NCBI RefSeq assembly: GCF_006345805.1
Contig: NC_042998.1
Span: forward strand, 101,184,001-101,248,000
Reading direction: 5' to 3'
Origin: Octopus sinensis
Taxonomy: Eukaryota
DNA length: 64,000 nt
Positions 25,865 through 39,550 of this stretch are shown piece after piece. Both the position numbers and the translations under genes were made by a program. Each line of letters starts with the position of its first letter. Positions within the stretch are counted from its first letter, which is position 1. A model generated the notes under the pieces. The model made no database searches. It saw only the letters and a list, made by a program, of their open reading frames with translations, and had not been told where the DNA came from.

Positions 25865-28800
25865 GTTTGGCATCCTTTCTGTCTCGGGAGACAATGGAGT
25901 TGCGCATTTTTTTTTTTTTTTCTAGGTCTAGTCCGGCTGTTATATTTTATTTCCTGTTACATTTCTTGCTGTGGCTGTGTAGTCCTATCCTGGACAAACA
26001 CTCCCTCTGGCAGGTACTGCAAATGTAGCGAAGACTGTTCCTGTTGGTTGTAGTGCCATGGTCTCTTGTTTATGTCTCTTCCTTTCTTTCCATTCTCCTC
26101 TCTCTTTCTGTCACTCCTCTGTATACCTCTTTTTACTGTACGTCGCCATTCTCCACGGTTGCCGGCGACTGCCTCCCAACCGCTAATGTTGATGTTGCAG
26201 GCCTTCATATCCCTTTTGCAAACATCCTTGTAACGTAAGATCGGTCTACCCACAGACCTAGTACCCCTAGCAAGCTCTCCGTAGAGTATGTCCTTGGGGA
26301 TTCTGCCATCTTTCATACGGCTAACATGCCCAAGCCATCTCATACGTCTTTGTGTGAGGAGTGCAAACATGCTTGGTATTCCTGCTTGCCTGAGGACATC
26401 TTTGTTGGGGATATAATTCTGCCATTTGATGTGGAGGATTTTTCGGAGGCAGCGCAGGTGAAAGATGTTTAGGCGACGCTCTTGGCGTGTGTATAGCGTC
26501 CAGGTCTCGCTTCCATACAGTAGAGTGCTGAGTACACATGCCTGGTAGATCTTCATTTTGTGGTCTTGGTCAGCTTATTGTTGTCCCAAGCCCGTTTGGA
26601 GAGTTGGGCCATCGCAGCAGCTGCCTTGCCAATGCGTATATCGAGCTCAGCGTCAAGGGATAGGTTGTAGGTGACGGTAGAGCCCAGATAGGTAAACTTC
26701 TCCACCTCTTGTAATCTGTGGTCTCCAATATGTATGTTTGGGATGTCCGATGTAGCCTGGCCCATGATGTTGGTCTTCTTAAGGCTGATAGCTAAGCCAA
26801 AGTCATTACATGCTTGCTCAAAACAGTTAATGAGCCTTTGGAGGGCTTCTTTCTGGTGGTGTTTACCAGAGCGGATTCATCAGCAAATAACATCTCCTTG
26901 ATCAGGACGTTTCTGATTTTGGTCTTGGCACGCAGGCGCGAGAGATTAACAGTTTCCCGTCACTTCTACTGTGCAGAAACACTACTCATCATCTGATGTC
27001 TGAAAGGCATGTGACAGCAAGAGTGAGAAGAAGATGCCAAACAATGTAGGAGCGAGGACACAGCCTTGCTTTACCCCGTTTTTTATTTGGAAGGCGGCTG
27101 ATGTTGAACCGTTGTGCTGTATGGTGCCTTGCATGTCATCAGGAAAGACTTGATGATCCTCAGCAGCTTTGGTGGACATCCGATTTTTTGGAGCAGGAGG
27201 AAGAGGCCTGTTCTGCTTACCGTCAAAAGCCTTTGTTAGATCAATGAAGGCCATATATAATGGCATTTTCTGCTCTCTGGACTTCTCCTGAAGTTGGCGT
27301 ATGGAGAATATCATATCGATAGTTGATCTGCTTCTTCTAAAGCCACACTGCGATTCCGGATAGATTCGAGAAGCAAGTAGTTGTAACCTGGCCAGGATAA
27401 CACGGGCAAAGGTCTTTCCAACAGTGCTTAGAAGGGATATACCACGGTAATTGTTACAATCACCACGGTCACCTTTGTTTTTGTAGAGCGTAATGATGTT
27501 GGCATCCCGCATATCCTGAGGGACTGTACCCTCTTCCCAGCACTGACACAGAAGCTCATGAAGGTGCCGAAGCAGGATGGTGTTTTTGCCGGCTTTGATG
27601 ATCTCTGAGGGGATGCGTATTTTCCCGGAGCCTTATTTCTTGCTAGGGAGTCAACAGCCTTGGTGAGCTCTGCTATAGATGGCGGACTGTCAAGTTCGCA
27701 CATGACTGGCAAGATCTTGACACTCTCGACTGCAGCCTCAGCCACTGTGGTCTCCCGTGAGTAGAGATCCTGGTAGTGCTCCACCCATCTATCCATTTGC
27801 TTGCCTTGATCCCTGATGAGATCTCCAGTAGTTGATTTCAGAGGGGCTGACTTGGTTGCGGATGGACCGAGGGCCTTCTTCAAACCAGCATACATCCCAC
27901 GGGTGTCGCCCCTGTCAGCAGCTGACTGGATACTCTGACAGATTTCCTGCCAATACCTATTTGCAACAGCATCTGGCTGTCAGTTGGGTTTATTTCGTGC
28001 CTTTCTGAGTTCTTCGAGTGACTTTGTAGAAGAGTCACTCTTGTATTGCACCAGAGCTGCACGCTTTGCTTCGATAACTGGCTCCAGCTCTGAGAGCCCA
28101 GCATTGAACCAATCTGGGTTTTGCCTTTCTCTCATGCCGAAAGTATCCAATGATGTCGTATACAAGCTTCCCTGATATAGTCCCACCTACTTTCAGCAGA
28201 GGAGGTGGGCAGCTACTGAGGGCAACCTTGATAGAAGCAGCAAAACATTTTCGCAGTGTAGGGTCCGAGGTTCTGGCGGTGTTGATGCGTGGTCGGCCCA
28301 CTTTCTTGGAGCGATGGACTTTTTTAGGGAGAATCCTCACCCTGCTTCTAATTAGTGAGTGGTCTGTGTCACAATCCGCACTGTGGTAACTGCGGGTCAA
28401 TAGAGTGGAACTGAAAGGATCTCCGTGTAATGATGAGATCCAGCTGATGCCAGTGGTGAGATCTTGGATGTCTCCAGGATGCCTTGTGGGATGGCTTGCT
28501 GGTAAAGAATGTGTTTGTGATGCACAGGTTGTGGTATGTGCAGAATTCGAGTAGTCTCTGACCATTGTCATTCATGTTGCCAATACCAAAGTGTCCAACA
28601 CAAATGGGCCACGAATCATGGTCAGATCCCACGCGAGCGTTAAAATCCCCTAGAAGGTAGATATTTTCAGTCGTTGGTATATTTTCTAGGACACAGTTGA
28701 GATCTTTGTAGAACTGGTCCTTGGTCTCCTCTGAGCTGTAGAGAGTGGGAGCATAGATGCTGAGTAGATGTACTGAGCCAGAAGAAGTCGAGAGGCGCAG

Positions 28801-29709
28801 TGAGAGGATACGCTCAGTGCCTCCCGATGGTGGTTCTATTGAGGAGAGTAGTGAGTTTCTCACTGCAAAGCCAACGCCATGTTGACGAGGTTCTTCTGGA
28901 TCTCTTCCCTGCCAAAAGAAGGTGAAGTCCTGCTCTTTGAGTCTGCCGTTTGAGGGAAGTCTTGTCTCCTGCAGCCCAGCAATATCTATGTTGAGCCTCT
29001 TTAGTTCACGGTCAATGATGGCCGTTCCTTGTGTCTTCAATACTGAGAAGATCGTCAGATATTCCAGGACACATGGTCCTGACATTCCAGCTTGCCAACT
29101 GCAGAACTGGTGTTTTCTTGAATTTTAGTTGCTTGCCTGGGTGCAGAGGTTGCAGGCCGCTTTTCGAGTCGTACTCTTAGCTCCAAGCACCCAATGGAAC
29201 AGGCGGCTTGTGGCGGGTCAGCACCTTATTAACTGGGGGCTGCCCAGCTTGAGGTGGGCAGTAGCTAACCAATAGGACACCGGAAGTCCCTCCCACCGGC
29301 AGAGGTAACCCGTAGCGTCCATATTTTACGCCAATCTGAATGGACTTATCACTCGTAACTGTTACCTCCCCGTGTTGTTTCTGCAGCTTTTTACAGCAGC
29401 ACTGAAGTGTCCTCTCCAGTTTGCGCAGGCCTGGGCTATAGAAAGAAAGTCCTGGGTAGCCCAATCGTCAGGTTTCCTCTCTCGACCTTGCTGATGTAGT
29501 CCAGTGGAGTGCAGTGCATTACGTTTGGCACCAGCTTGGTTGCAGGAGCTGCCGGAAGAGTGTCGAATCGAACACTAGACCGCCTTCGGGGCTCCACTCC
29601 GGATTTCATTGAAGGTTGTCTCCTTTCCGTAACCCTGGATAGGGGCCCATACCGGGTACTGTCAGCCGGAGCCAGCTGAGCCCGGAACTCGTGTCAGGCA
29701 GGGTCGATT
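25865..29709 (-). mobile_element. Full-length RTE-clade non-LTR retrotransposon (5' UTR, APE endonuclease, RT, C-terminal C2H2 finger, 3' hairpin), inactivated by frameshifts
   Basis: The ORF pieces are collinear. 28369-29085 has APE motifs (IAGLQETR, HGVGF, YAPT, LLGDFNARVG, NDNGQRLL, HWHQLD). 28035-28571 has DTDHSLI. 27428-27895 is the linker (MYAGLKKALGP, LARNKAPG). 26982-27512 is RT (NYRGISLL, QCGFRRSRSTIDMIF, FIDLTKAFD, GVKQGCVLAPTLFGIFFS). 26553-26765 has FTYLGS. 25957-26556 has LLYGSETW and RMRWLGHVSRM. A frameshifted CSTCQRECLSRIGLHSH finger follows, then the 3' hairpin TGTCTC-CC-GAGACA near 25880-25895. Confidence 0.95.
28369..29085 (-). pseudogene. RTE APE-type endonuclease domain (fragment of disrupted ORF)
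   Basis: ORF-track translation carries the AP-endonuclease motifs GLQETR, GDFNA and LD. Confidence 0.9.
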
Positions 29710-29735
29710 TATATATATATATACACATATATATA

Positions 29736-30061
29736 TGTGTGTATACATGCATACACATACACGTTTCACCACACTCAGACACAAATACATACATACACAC
29801 ATTCATACATATATATATATATACATGTATATACAAATATATATATACATATATATATATGTGTATATATATGTATATATATATATGTGTATATTTATAT
29901 ATATATACACATATATATATATACATATATATACACATATATATATATGTATATATATATTTGTATATACATGTATATATATATATATGTATGAATGTGT
30001 GTATGTATGTATTTGTGTCTGAGTGTGGTAAAACGTGTATGTGTATGCATGTATACACACA
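29736..30061. repeat. 326 bp near-perfect palindrome
   Basis: Arms mirror about 29898/29899. The ORF track gives near-identical translations from both strands. Confidence 0.9.
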
Positions 30062-31078
30062 CACGCATATAATATATACATGCATACACACACATCAGCT
30101 CACACAAACTTTCCCCATCAAATTCACTCACAAGGCGTTGGTTTGCTAGATGTACAGGTAAGACTTGCTGACGATTCTGCGCTGTGGGACTGAACTGGAA
30201 GCCTCGTGGTTGCGAGCTGAACTTGTTGACTACACATCCACGCCTGCACTTATATGTGCATATGGTGAGTTCACATTACTCCTTAAGGAGCATAGGGCCA
30301 GTTTCCTCGTCTCTCTGGTGTATATATTCCATTCGTCGCAGGAATACTCATACTCATACAGGATTTGAGCAGCGGGAAATGAAGTATTTTGCTCAAGAAC
30401 ACAACGCACTACTCGGTCCAGGAACCGAAACCACAATCTTACGATTAATCACTAAGCCATGAGCCTCGACTTACATGTGTGTGTATGCTCATATCAAATA
30501 TGTATCAGTATGGAGGAGATACAAGAGAATCCACTTAACATCATGAAAGCATTTTAGATCTCTCAAACTTTAACGGTTGATTTCATCCATAAATACAAAA
30601 CCACATTCAATCAGTAACTTGCGACTCATCCTCACAGGCTTGTTTCATTTGTAGAGTGTGAATCCACTTCCAACACACCAGCATCTAATATCTTTACTAT
30701 ATTCAATCGTAGTCACGCTGTCGTTTAAATTTTTAATTATTTTCGTCCTTGGCCATCCTTACACATTAATTTTAGATTGGTTCATGTTTTTCTCAATTAT
30801 GGCTGCATTCTATTTGGTCTAGGTTTAACAAGAAAATAATTGTTTTTATATATGTGCATGTCCAACAGTTGAGTTCCATTGTGAATGATATATTTCATGC
30901 TCATCCTCTTCCATGATTATTTACACGGTAAATTTTCTTTATGCTTTCATATGCGTGTTGAATTTAATATGCTTTAGTCTATTCTCGTATTTCACATAAT
31001 TATCTATATTTACGTATCTTTCTGTCTGTCTGTTTATCTGTCTCCAGCTCTGTTTGCCTGCATGCGTCTATCTGTCTG

Positions 31079-31200
<122 letters not shown>

Positions 31201-31420
31201 AACATACACATATATATATATATATATGTATATTCATACATATTGTAATTGCATATACATTTACATAGATATATATCTGAATATATTTTTGTGTGTAATG
31301 TTTATATTTATTTATATGCATTTATATTTAGCTATGTAAGTTTCTACGTTTGTATTTGTAGTTGTATATTGCCGCGTGCGTGTGTGTGTGTATGTACATA
31401 TATATATATATATATATATA

Positions 31421-31462
<42 letters not shown>

Positions 31463-31898
31463 GCATATAAATTCTTATGATACTCTATAGAAATGACAGG
31501 TTCAAGCGAACATTGTCAGGCTACAGAAAATAGTACTCAATGCAAGAAGTCTGAGAGTCAAAATATAAATCCATAACCGCGACAAAATACATTTTGACTC
31601 GCTCGAGAGCTTCGTCAGGGATTGCGGGAATGGCGGCAATCAGCTAGATGAGACGAAAGCGACATATATGTAAAAGATAGAATGATGCACAAATTGCAGG
31701 ATGCGCTGGCCGGGAAGATGGTGACATAAACAGTGACAAAGATGGCAGAAAAGGTGAAATAATTTATAGATGCTAACTGTTGTGGTGATATACAAATAGT
31801 GCGTGTGAATGGCGTATGTGCGTAACTGTGTGTCTGTCTATGTGTGTGTATATGCGTGTGCATTTTGTGTGTTGTGTGTGTGATATTTGTTATCACTG

Positions 31899-32110
31899 AG
31901 GCAGTGAGATGGCAGAATCGTTAGCACGATGGGAAAAATGCTTAACGGCATTTCATTCATCTTTTACGTTCTGAGTTCCAATTCTGCCGAGGTTGACTTT
32001 GCTTTTCTTCCTTTCGGGGTCGATGAAATAAGTACCAGTTGATCACTGGCGTCGATGTCATCAAGTAATGCTCCTCCTCCCAAATTTCTGGCATTGTGCC
32101 AAAATTTGAA
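31899..32110 (+). mobile_element. SINE of the same family
   Basis: GGCAGTGAGATGGCAGAATCGTTAGCAC...GACTTTGCTTTTCTTCCTTTCGGGGTCGATG. Confidence 0.8.
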
Positions 32111-32481
32111 ACTGATATTTGTCATCAGTAGTCACTGGTTACTTTGAACTTTTGCCTGTACTAACATCTCATGATAGTTTATTTCGAGAAGTGACAAAAC
32201 ATCGAAGTAAATAGACACCGTTCATAATAGATATTATTTTGATTCTGCAACCAATACTGAATAGTTTCATCAGTTGATATTTATCACTTACAACCCTAAG
32301 ATTTTTACACACACACGCACGTACATTCACACACACACACACACACACATGCACAGAGACACGCGTATTAATGATACAATATATGCCATATAAAACAGAT
32401 AATACTGGCATACATAGTTCATATTTATACATACATACATACATACATATATACGTACATACATACCACACACACACGCAT

Positions 32482-32531
<50 letters not shown>

Positions 32532-32546
32532 ACACACATACACACA

Positions 32547-32617
<71 letters not shown>

Positions 32618-33599
32618 CATACGTTTACCGATTGCCTGCCAATGATTTGCTTTGAATAAGAAAGCCATTAGGCTCGAATGTATAATTCTTTTCCACAAAG
32701 AAAATATTTTTTCAGTACTTTGCTGTTTTGAGATCTCTAAAATTGTACTATAATGTATAATGTATGCTTGAATTATACCAGCCATTTATATCTTAATGTA
32801 TCTCGAATATACACATAGACAGACACAGACACACACACACACTGATATCTGTAGTGTATATAGTAGTACATAGACCATGCACACATACACACAATTATTC
32901 ACACATACATATGTACACACATACATACACACACATGTATACACACATACATATGTACACACACATATAGATATGTGGTAAAATAAATAGGTTTTAGTAA
33001 ATAGTAATTTACATTGGTAAAATTATTTTGTAATTTATTTGTATTTCAGATATAAACTCTATCGTGTCTGTTACCTTTTGTCTGTTATTTGTTTTCCTCA
33101 TTGGACTGCAGCCTTGCTGGGAAAATACTTTGAAGGTTTTAGTAGAACAGATCAATCCTAATATTTATTCTATCAGTCTGGGAACGCTATCGTAAGATGT
33201 TGGCACACCGAGCTGGTTGAGAATCTAGGTTCAAGTACCGGTTACATGAATTTATATTTTTTGTCCAGAACTACCAGATGCTTCTCTCACGACCCATATT
33301 GATGGCTACCTCTGATCACGGAATGAACAGGTGCTGACTATCTAGACTCATGTTAAAAATGTTTCAGCCATGACAATCCCATCTTTAAATTCAGACAAGT
33401 GCATCCCAAAATTGCTTTAGCTACAGAAGCAGCGAGGACAGAGAGGATTAATTTTGGAAACATATTGAAGGGCCAATACTACATAAATCTTACAGTAAAC
33501 AGGACATAGAGCATATCTGTCATCGTAATGAAGGTCAGTAGAATAGGAAGCAAAATAAGACAAATAATGATGATCGTAATGATGATGATCATTATAATG

Positions 33600-33644
<45 letters not shown>

Positions 33645-33646
<2 letters not shown>

Positions 33647-33838
33647 CCTTCCTACTAAAGACACAGGGTCTAAAATTTTGGGGGAGGGGACCACAGTGCT
33701 TCAATGGTAGTTTATTTATCGACCACGAAAAGACGAAAGACAAAGTTAAACTCGGCGGAATTTGAACTCAAAACGTAAAGACAGACGAAATGCCGCTAAG
33801 CATTTTGCCCGGCGTGCTAACGATCTGCGCACCGCCTT
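33645..33838 (-). mobile_element. SINE (GGCGGCGAGCTGGCAGAA family) whose (ATT)n tail forms the adjacent (TAA)n tract
   Basis: Reverse complement of the family consensus. Tail AGTAGGAAGGATTATTATT runs into 33590-33646. Confidence 0.8.
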
Positions 33839-33861
33839 TGTATGTAATAATAATGGTATTT

Positions 33862-33914
<53 letters not shown>

Positions 33915-33915
<1 letters not shown>

Positions 33916-34477
33916 TGCCCTGATGCAGTACTAATGTCCTGATGCAGTATAAATTCCCTGATACAGTACCAGGCATTGGCTCTCATGGTTTCTTATCTTA
34001 ACTGATTGGAGGTGTTGTCATGTTCATTGTTTTGTCTTGGTATAAAAGATAGGCTACAGCAAATATTCTACTCAGTACCACAGATTTGCTTGTCAGTTGT
34101 TTGACCATAACCAGTTGAGCATGTCCTTTTAGTGGCTGAGATATATGCATCTCTGATCACGAGCAGAAGTAGTAGGGGAGCATGATAGCCATGTGTTAAG
34201 AAGAAGTCTTTGGAGTTTCGTTCAACATCATTAAACAATCCTTATTCATGGACTTTTTGAGTGGGATGGGCTACTCGACTTGAAGAAAATTCTAATTGGG
34301 CTCCACCTGCAAGGTCATGCGCTGTTAATCTTGATATGAGATCACCATGTCACGCACATATGGTTGTGATGCATGTGCCTGGTGTACCCTTATCAGACAG
34401 GCAGTCCCGATGGGTATACTGGGCTTTGTGTATTTTACCCCAGTGTCACTTTGATGGCATGCACCGCTCTCTCACTC
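33915..34477. mobile_element. Unclassified ~560 bp non-coding dispersed element ('element X', copy 1) embedded in (TAA)n
   Basis: Alignable end to end by eye with 49875-50410 and 50488-51043. Begins ATGCCCTGATGCAGTA (present three times in this copy) and ends CTCTCACTC|AATAAT. Confidence 0.8.
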
Positions 34478-34544
<67 letters not shown>

Positions 34545-35652
34545 TAATAATTCGTTTTCAGGAAATTGGTTTCTTGCTCAACAGCATTATTACTTTGATA
34601 CGACCAACGCGAGAAAACCAAGTCCACGCGTCAGCAATTAGCTTAATTGCAAAATGAATTCAATCAACAATTAGCATAATTACTGAATTACAACAAATAT
34701 TGATTATTTACATTGAAACAAATCCACAAATTTGAGGTAGCAAGTATACTTAAACCAACTCTCTGTATATTACTGTTACTTTATAAATCGGCCTTGTGAG
34801 GATGAAAGGGAAAATCGACTTGGCAAAAAAATAAATGGTTTTGAAATCGGTTGGTAAAGGAACAGAATTAGACATCACCTTACATTGCAACAAATATTTG
34901 ACAACGAGGTAACAAGGATGACCTGTACATGGTCATTCAATATGCTGGAAATAAATGCTATAACTTCCTTAACAGCTACCCTACTGTTTTATAATTGGTG
35001 GAACACACTATTTTTATATAGACTTTTGTTTACAAGAGGACGGGGAAATTACATCGGCAAAATGTCTGTACGATCGTGTTTGAGCTGGACATGTACAACA
35101 ATAGCAATAATAACAAAAACTACAGTACCACAAACAATCACAAGATCATATGTTGTCACTGGTAGATTGAGATCCAGCCTGTTCGTCCAATATTTGTCGA
35201 CTGTTGACTTGATTCACATATAAAAGATGTGTCAGGAGGAAATTTGGTTGAAGAAATGTAATTATGCACTTCGCTTTAAACACACGCATGCATGCATACA
35301 CACGCACACATACACACACACGCACACACACATGTACATGTACCTCTGTGTGTATGCATATAGGTGTATGTGTGTATGTATATATATATATTATATATAT
35401 ATATATATATATCTACAAATAATATTTGCATACACAGCAGTAATATTTAAAATCAACCCATTTAAAAATTGTATTTAAAATCGGCCCATTTAAAATGAAA
35501 GTGGTAAGTTTTGGAGTACGGGAATACGCGTTAGCATCCCAGTTTACATCGGTAAACATAATCATGACCAGACACTGACATAACTCAGACAGGCGCACAC
35601 ACACACACACGCTTACACATTTTCATACACACACGTACACGAACATGTATAT

Positions 35653-36529
35653 ATTACGTGGAAAAACGCGAGCAAGAGAAATTATATTCTTAAGATTATA
35701 AACCCGGAAAATTACAGGAGCAGTTATTACACTTGGAAAAGTTGAGGATAAGATATTACATCTGGTAAAGTACAGAACAAGAAAATTTCTACTTAAAATA
35801 TTGCAGCTAAGGATAAAATTTCAAATAAAATATCTAGATTTAGAAAATATTAGCTTTTATTGAAACTAAAAAATTTATTACATGTTATTACTTCTATTTG
35901 TTATTACTTGTTACTTCTACTAAAAATACAAAAATAACTCAAAATATTTTTTGCACTTTAAAAAATTCATTTTGTAATTATCAGTTAATAATTAGAAATT
36001 TGAAAATAGGTTATAAAAATAATAGTAGTACATCATTAATTAGTACAATAAATAGAATAATACAAAAATTAGTTATATATTACAGTAAAATCTACCTATA
36101 ACAACAAATTCACAGTAGAATTTGCTTGAATTATTGCCAAGTCTTCACATTTTTAGTCTTGATCCAATGCCTATTTTTTACATAATGAATTTGCCTACCA
36201 TATATACTATTCTACTTTACAGAAAACTTTAGCTATATTGGTACTTCTGGCTCTTATTTTTAAAGTATTCTAGTGTGTCAATATTAAAAAAAAAGGATGG
36301 TACCTTTTTATAATTATAATGCTGCTTTGTAAATTAAAATCAAATAATCTTTAATATTCAAATTTGTATCCTTATCTGCAATATTTTAAGCAAAAATGTT
36401 CTTGTTCTGTACTTTACCAGATGTAATAAGTTGTCCTGAACTTTTCCAAGTGTAATAACTTGTCCTGTAATTTTCCAGGCTTATAATCTTAAGAATATTA
36501 TTTCTCTTGCTCGCATTTTTCCATGTAAT
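35653..36529. mobile_element. Foldback/MITE-like element with ~170 bp internally repetitive terminal inverted repeats
   Basis: Left ATTACGTGGAAAAACGCGAGCAAGAGAAAT...GGTAAAGTACAGAACAAG and right CTTGTTCTGTACTTTACC...ATTTCTCTTGCTCGCATTTTTCCATGTAAT. AT-rich non-coding interior; no clear TSD. Confidence 0.75.
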
Positions 36530-36870
36530 CATTAAGAATATTATTTAATTACTACCGTAGTTAATATTTTATTTTTAATTATGCTTTCAAGCTCCCCGAG
36601 ACCCTTGGAAATTGACAATATTTTAAAACATCAGGTTCTTATAATACGTATAAAATGAAGGCATAATGTTTTTTTGTAAAATCTAATAAATATGATTTAA
36701 AAATAAACAAACGTGTTGGCTCTAAGAGTATTTGTATAACTTGTATTGCGTCATTCTGTGATCCAGGTCTCTTTGAACGCTGTCTCAAATGTACATACAT
36801 ACATGTGAATATCTATACATGTAAAAGCACAAATATAACAAATGTGTCCCTTTCTCTCTATATAAATTTA

Positions 36871-36957
<87 letters not shown>

Positions 36958-37121
36958 ATATATATATAAATACAGTATACACACACATATATGTATATTG
37001 CTCCAGCATGGCCGCAGTCTATTGACAAACAAATAAAAGAAGTAAAAGATATAAAAGATGTAGAAAATTTTTGTATACGCAGATATATCTACTTTCTTAA
37101 ATGTGTGTATTATATATATAT

Positions 37122-37154
<33 letters not shown>

Positions 37155-37428
37155 ATGTATATATATTATATATATAATTATGTATATGTATATATTATTA
37201 TATATATATATATGTATATATTATATATATATATATATGTATATATAATATACATATGTACACATATACTTATATGGATAAATATATATGGTATATTGTG
37301 TGTGTTTGGTGTATTTTTTGTGTATGTATATTACGGATAACTGTATACACACAGACGTCATTAAACATGATAATGTATTATCTCACACGGTTTAGTTTTG
37401 GTTGACACTATCTAATACCAGTTGAAGA

Positions 37429-37463
<35 letters not shown>

Positions 37464-37509
37464 TGTATGTATGTATGTATGTATGTATGTATGTATGTAT
37501 ATATGTATG

Positions 37510-37541
<32 letters not shown>

Positions 37542-38384
37542 TGTATTTATGTAGGTAAGTAGGTAGGTATATATATATATAAATATAAATATATATATAA
37601 ATATATATATGTATATGATTGTACATATGTGTTTGTGTGTTTATGTGTGCGTGTAGTTCACTCATAAAGTAAATTTTATACATACACGCCTGTATACATA
37701 TATACATACATACATATATGAATATATGCTTATGCATACGTGTATATATACAAACATATATATATATTTACATACATGTATATATATACACATATATATA
37801 TGTAAACATATATATATGTAAACATATATATATGTAAACATATATATGTTATATACACATATATACATATATATGTATATATAATATATATAAATATAAT
37901 AATAATATAAATAAATAATATATATATATAAATATAAATATAAATATATATATATATAACTGATCACATAAAAATCTCTCAACTGACATATATGGAAAAA
38001 TTCAATGTTTAACTATAAACTAGAACAGCAATTTGACCAGAATAAGCGAAATATCGACCACTGTCTAGGCACCTACAAAAGTCTTTCAGACTCTGCCTAT
38101 AAATCTTTATTTATAAATTTCATTTTCTTTTAGACACCCATACATATAATGCTGTTTATTTTCTCTCCAGCCTCTCTTTTCTTTTACCTTCAGTCTTAAC
38201 TATGACATCAATCTTAAAGAAAAGCCTGACCACAAAGTGGAATTAGTTGGATATTAAAAAGGAAAAAAAAGGAGAGAAGAAATTATGTTAGTTTTATTAC
38301 TGTATGAAGACAAAGAATAAATCCACATTTTGCTCTTTATTGCATGTTATAATAGCATGGAAGTTTTTGAATGATGGATAACAA

Positions 38385-38703
38385 CAGCGTCGACAAGAAC
38401 AGCAACAACAACAAAAAAAAAACTCAACAAAAACAGTCACAACAACGACATTATCAGAAAAGACAGGAAAAGAATAGCAAGAACAAGAAAAAACAACAAT
38501 AACAATAACAATCATAATATAAATAACAACAACGTGAAAGGCCAAACAATAAATACGGCGTTAGCAACAACAATATACCAGGAATAATGATGAATATGAT
38601 GATGACGATGACGATGAGGATGATGATGATGATGATGATGATCATGATGATCATGATAATAATGATAATAATAATAATAATAATAATAATGATGATGATG
38701 ATG

Positions 38704-38771
<68 letters not shown>

Positions 38772-39025
38772 TAACAAAAGCAGCAATAACAAGAAAAATA
38801 AAGATAAACAACATCATCATCAGCAACATCCACATGAATGACAATGTCAACAAGAGCAATAACAGCGAGAAAGTGTAAGAACAACTTCAACAACAGGTAT
38901 AACAACAACAGCAACAACTATCAAATCGCAACCTGGTGTGTTGAAAAATATAAAAACGAACACATTGTCCAACAGAGGCCTATAAATAAATAAATAAATA
39001 AATAAACAAAAAAAAAAAAATATAC

Positions 39026-39057
<32 letters not shown>

Positions 39058-39550
39058 GAGAGAAAGAGAGAGAGAGAGAGACATACACACGCACGTACAC
39101 GCACATACGCACACACACACACACATATATATATATATGTATGTATATACACACAAAATGAAAAAAAAAGACGTTACGGTCACAGCAGGAACGATGTCGA
39201 TGCTGGTCACATTGATTATAGAAGATGATCTAGGGCTGAAAAACAGCAACAAGAACAACAACAACAACATCAACAACAACAACTACAACTTTTCTTCTCC
39301 TCCTCCCCTTCCTCCTCCACCCCATCTTCCTGCTCCTCCTGCTGCTCCCTTTGCTCCTGATTCTCTTCCACTTCCTCGTCCTCGTATTCCTCCTCGTCTT
39401 CTTCCTCCACGTCTTCTTCCCCTCCGCTTCCTCTTCCTCCTCCACTTCCTCCTCCTCATCTTCTTCCTCCTCGTCTTCCTCCTCCTCATCTCCTTCCCCC
39501 ATCTCATATTCCTCCTCCTCTTCTGCTGCTGTTGCTGCTGCAGCTGCTGA
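38385..39550. repeat. Compound trinucleotide region: (ACA)n, (ATG)n, (ATA)n and (CCT)-rich cryptic repeat
   Basis: Read directly from sequence. The homopolymeric ORFs here are not credible proteins. Confidence 0.9.
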
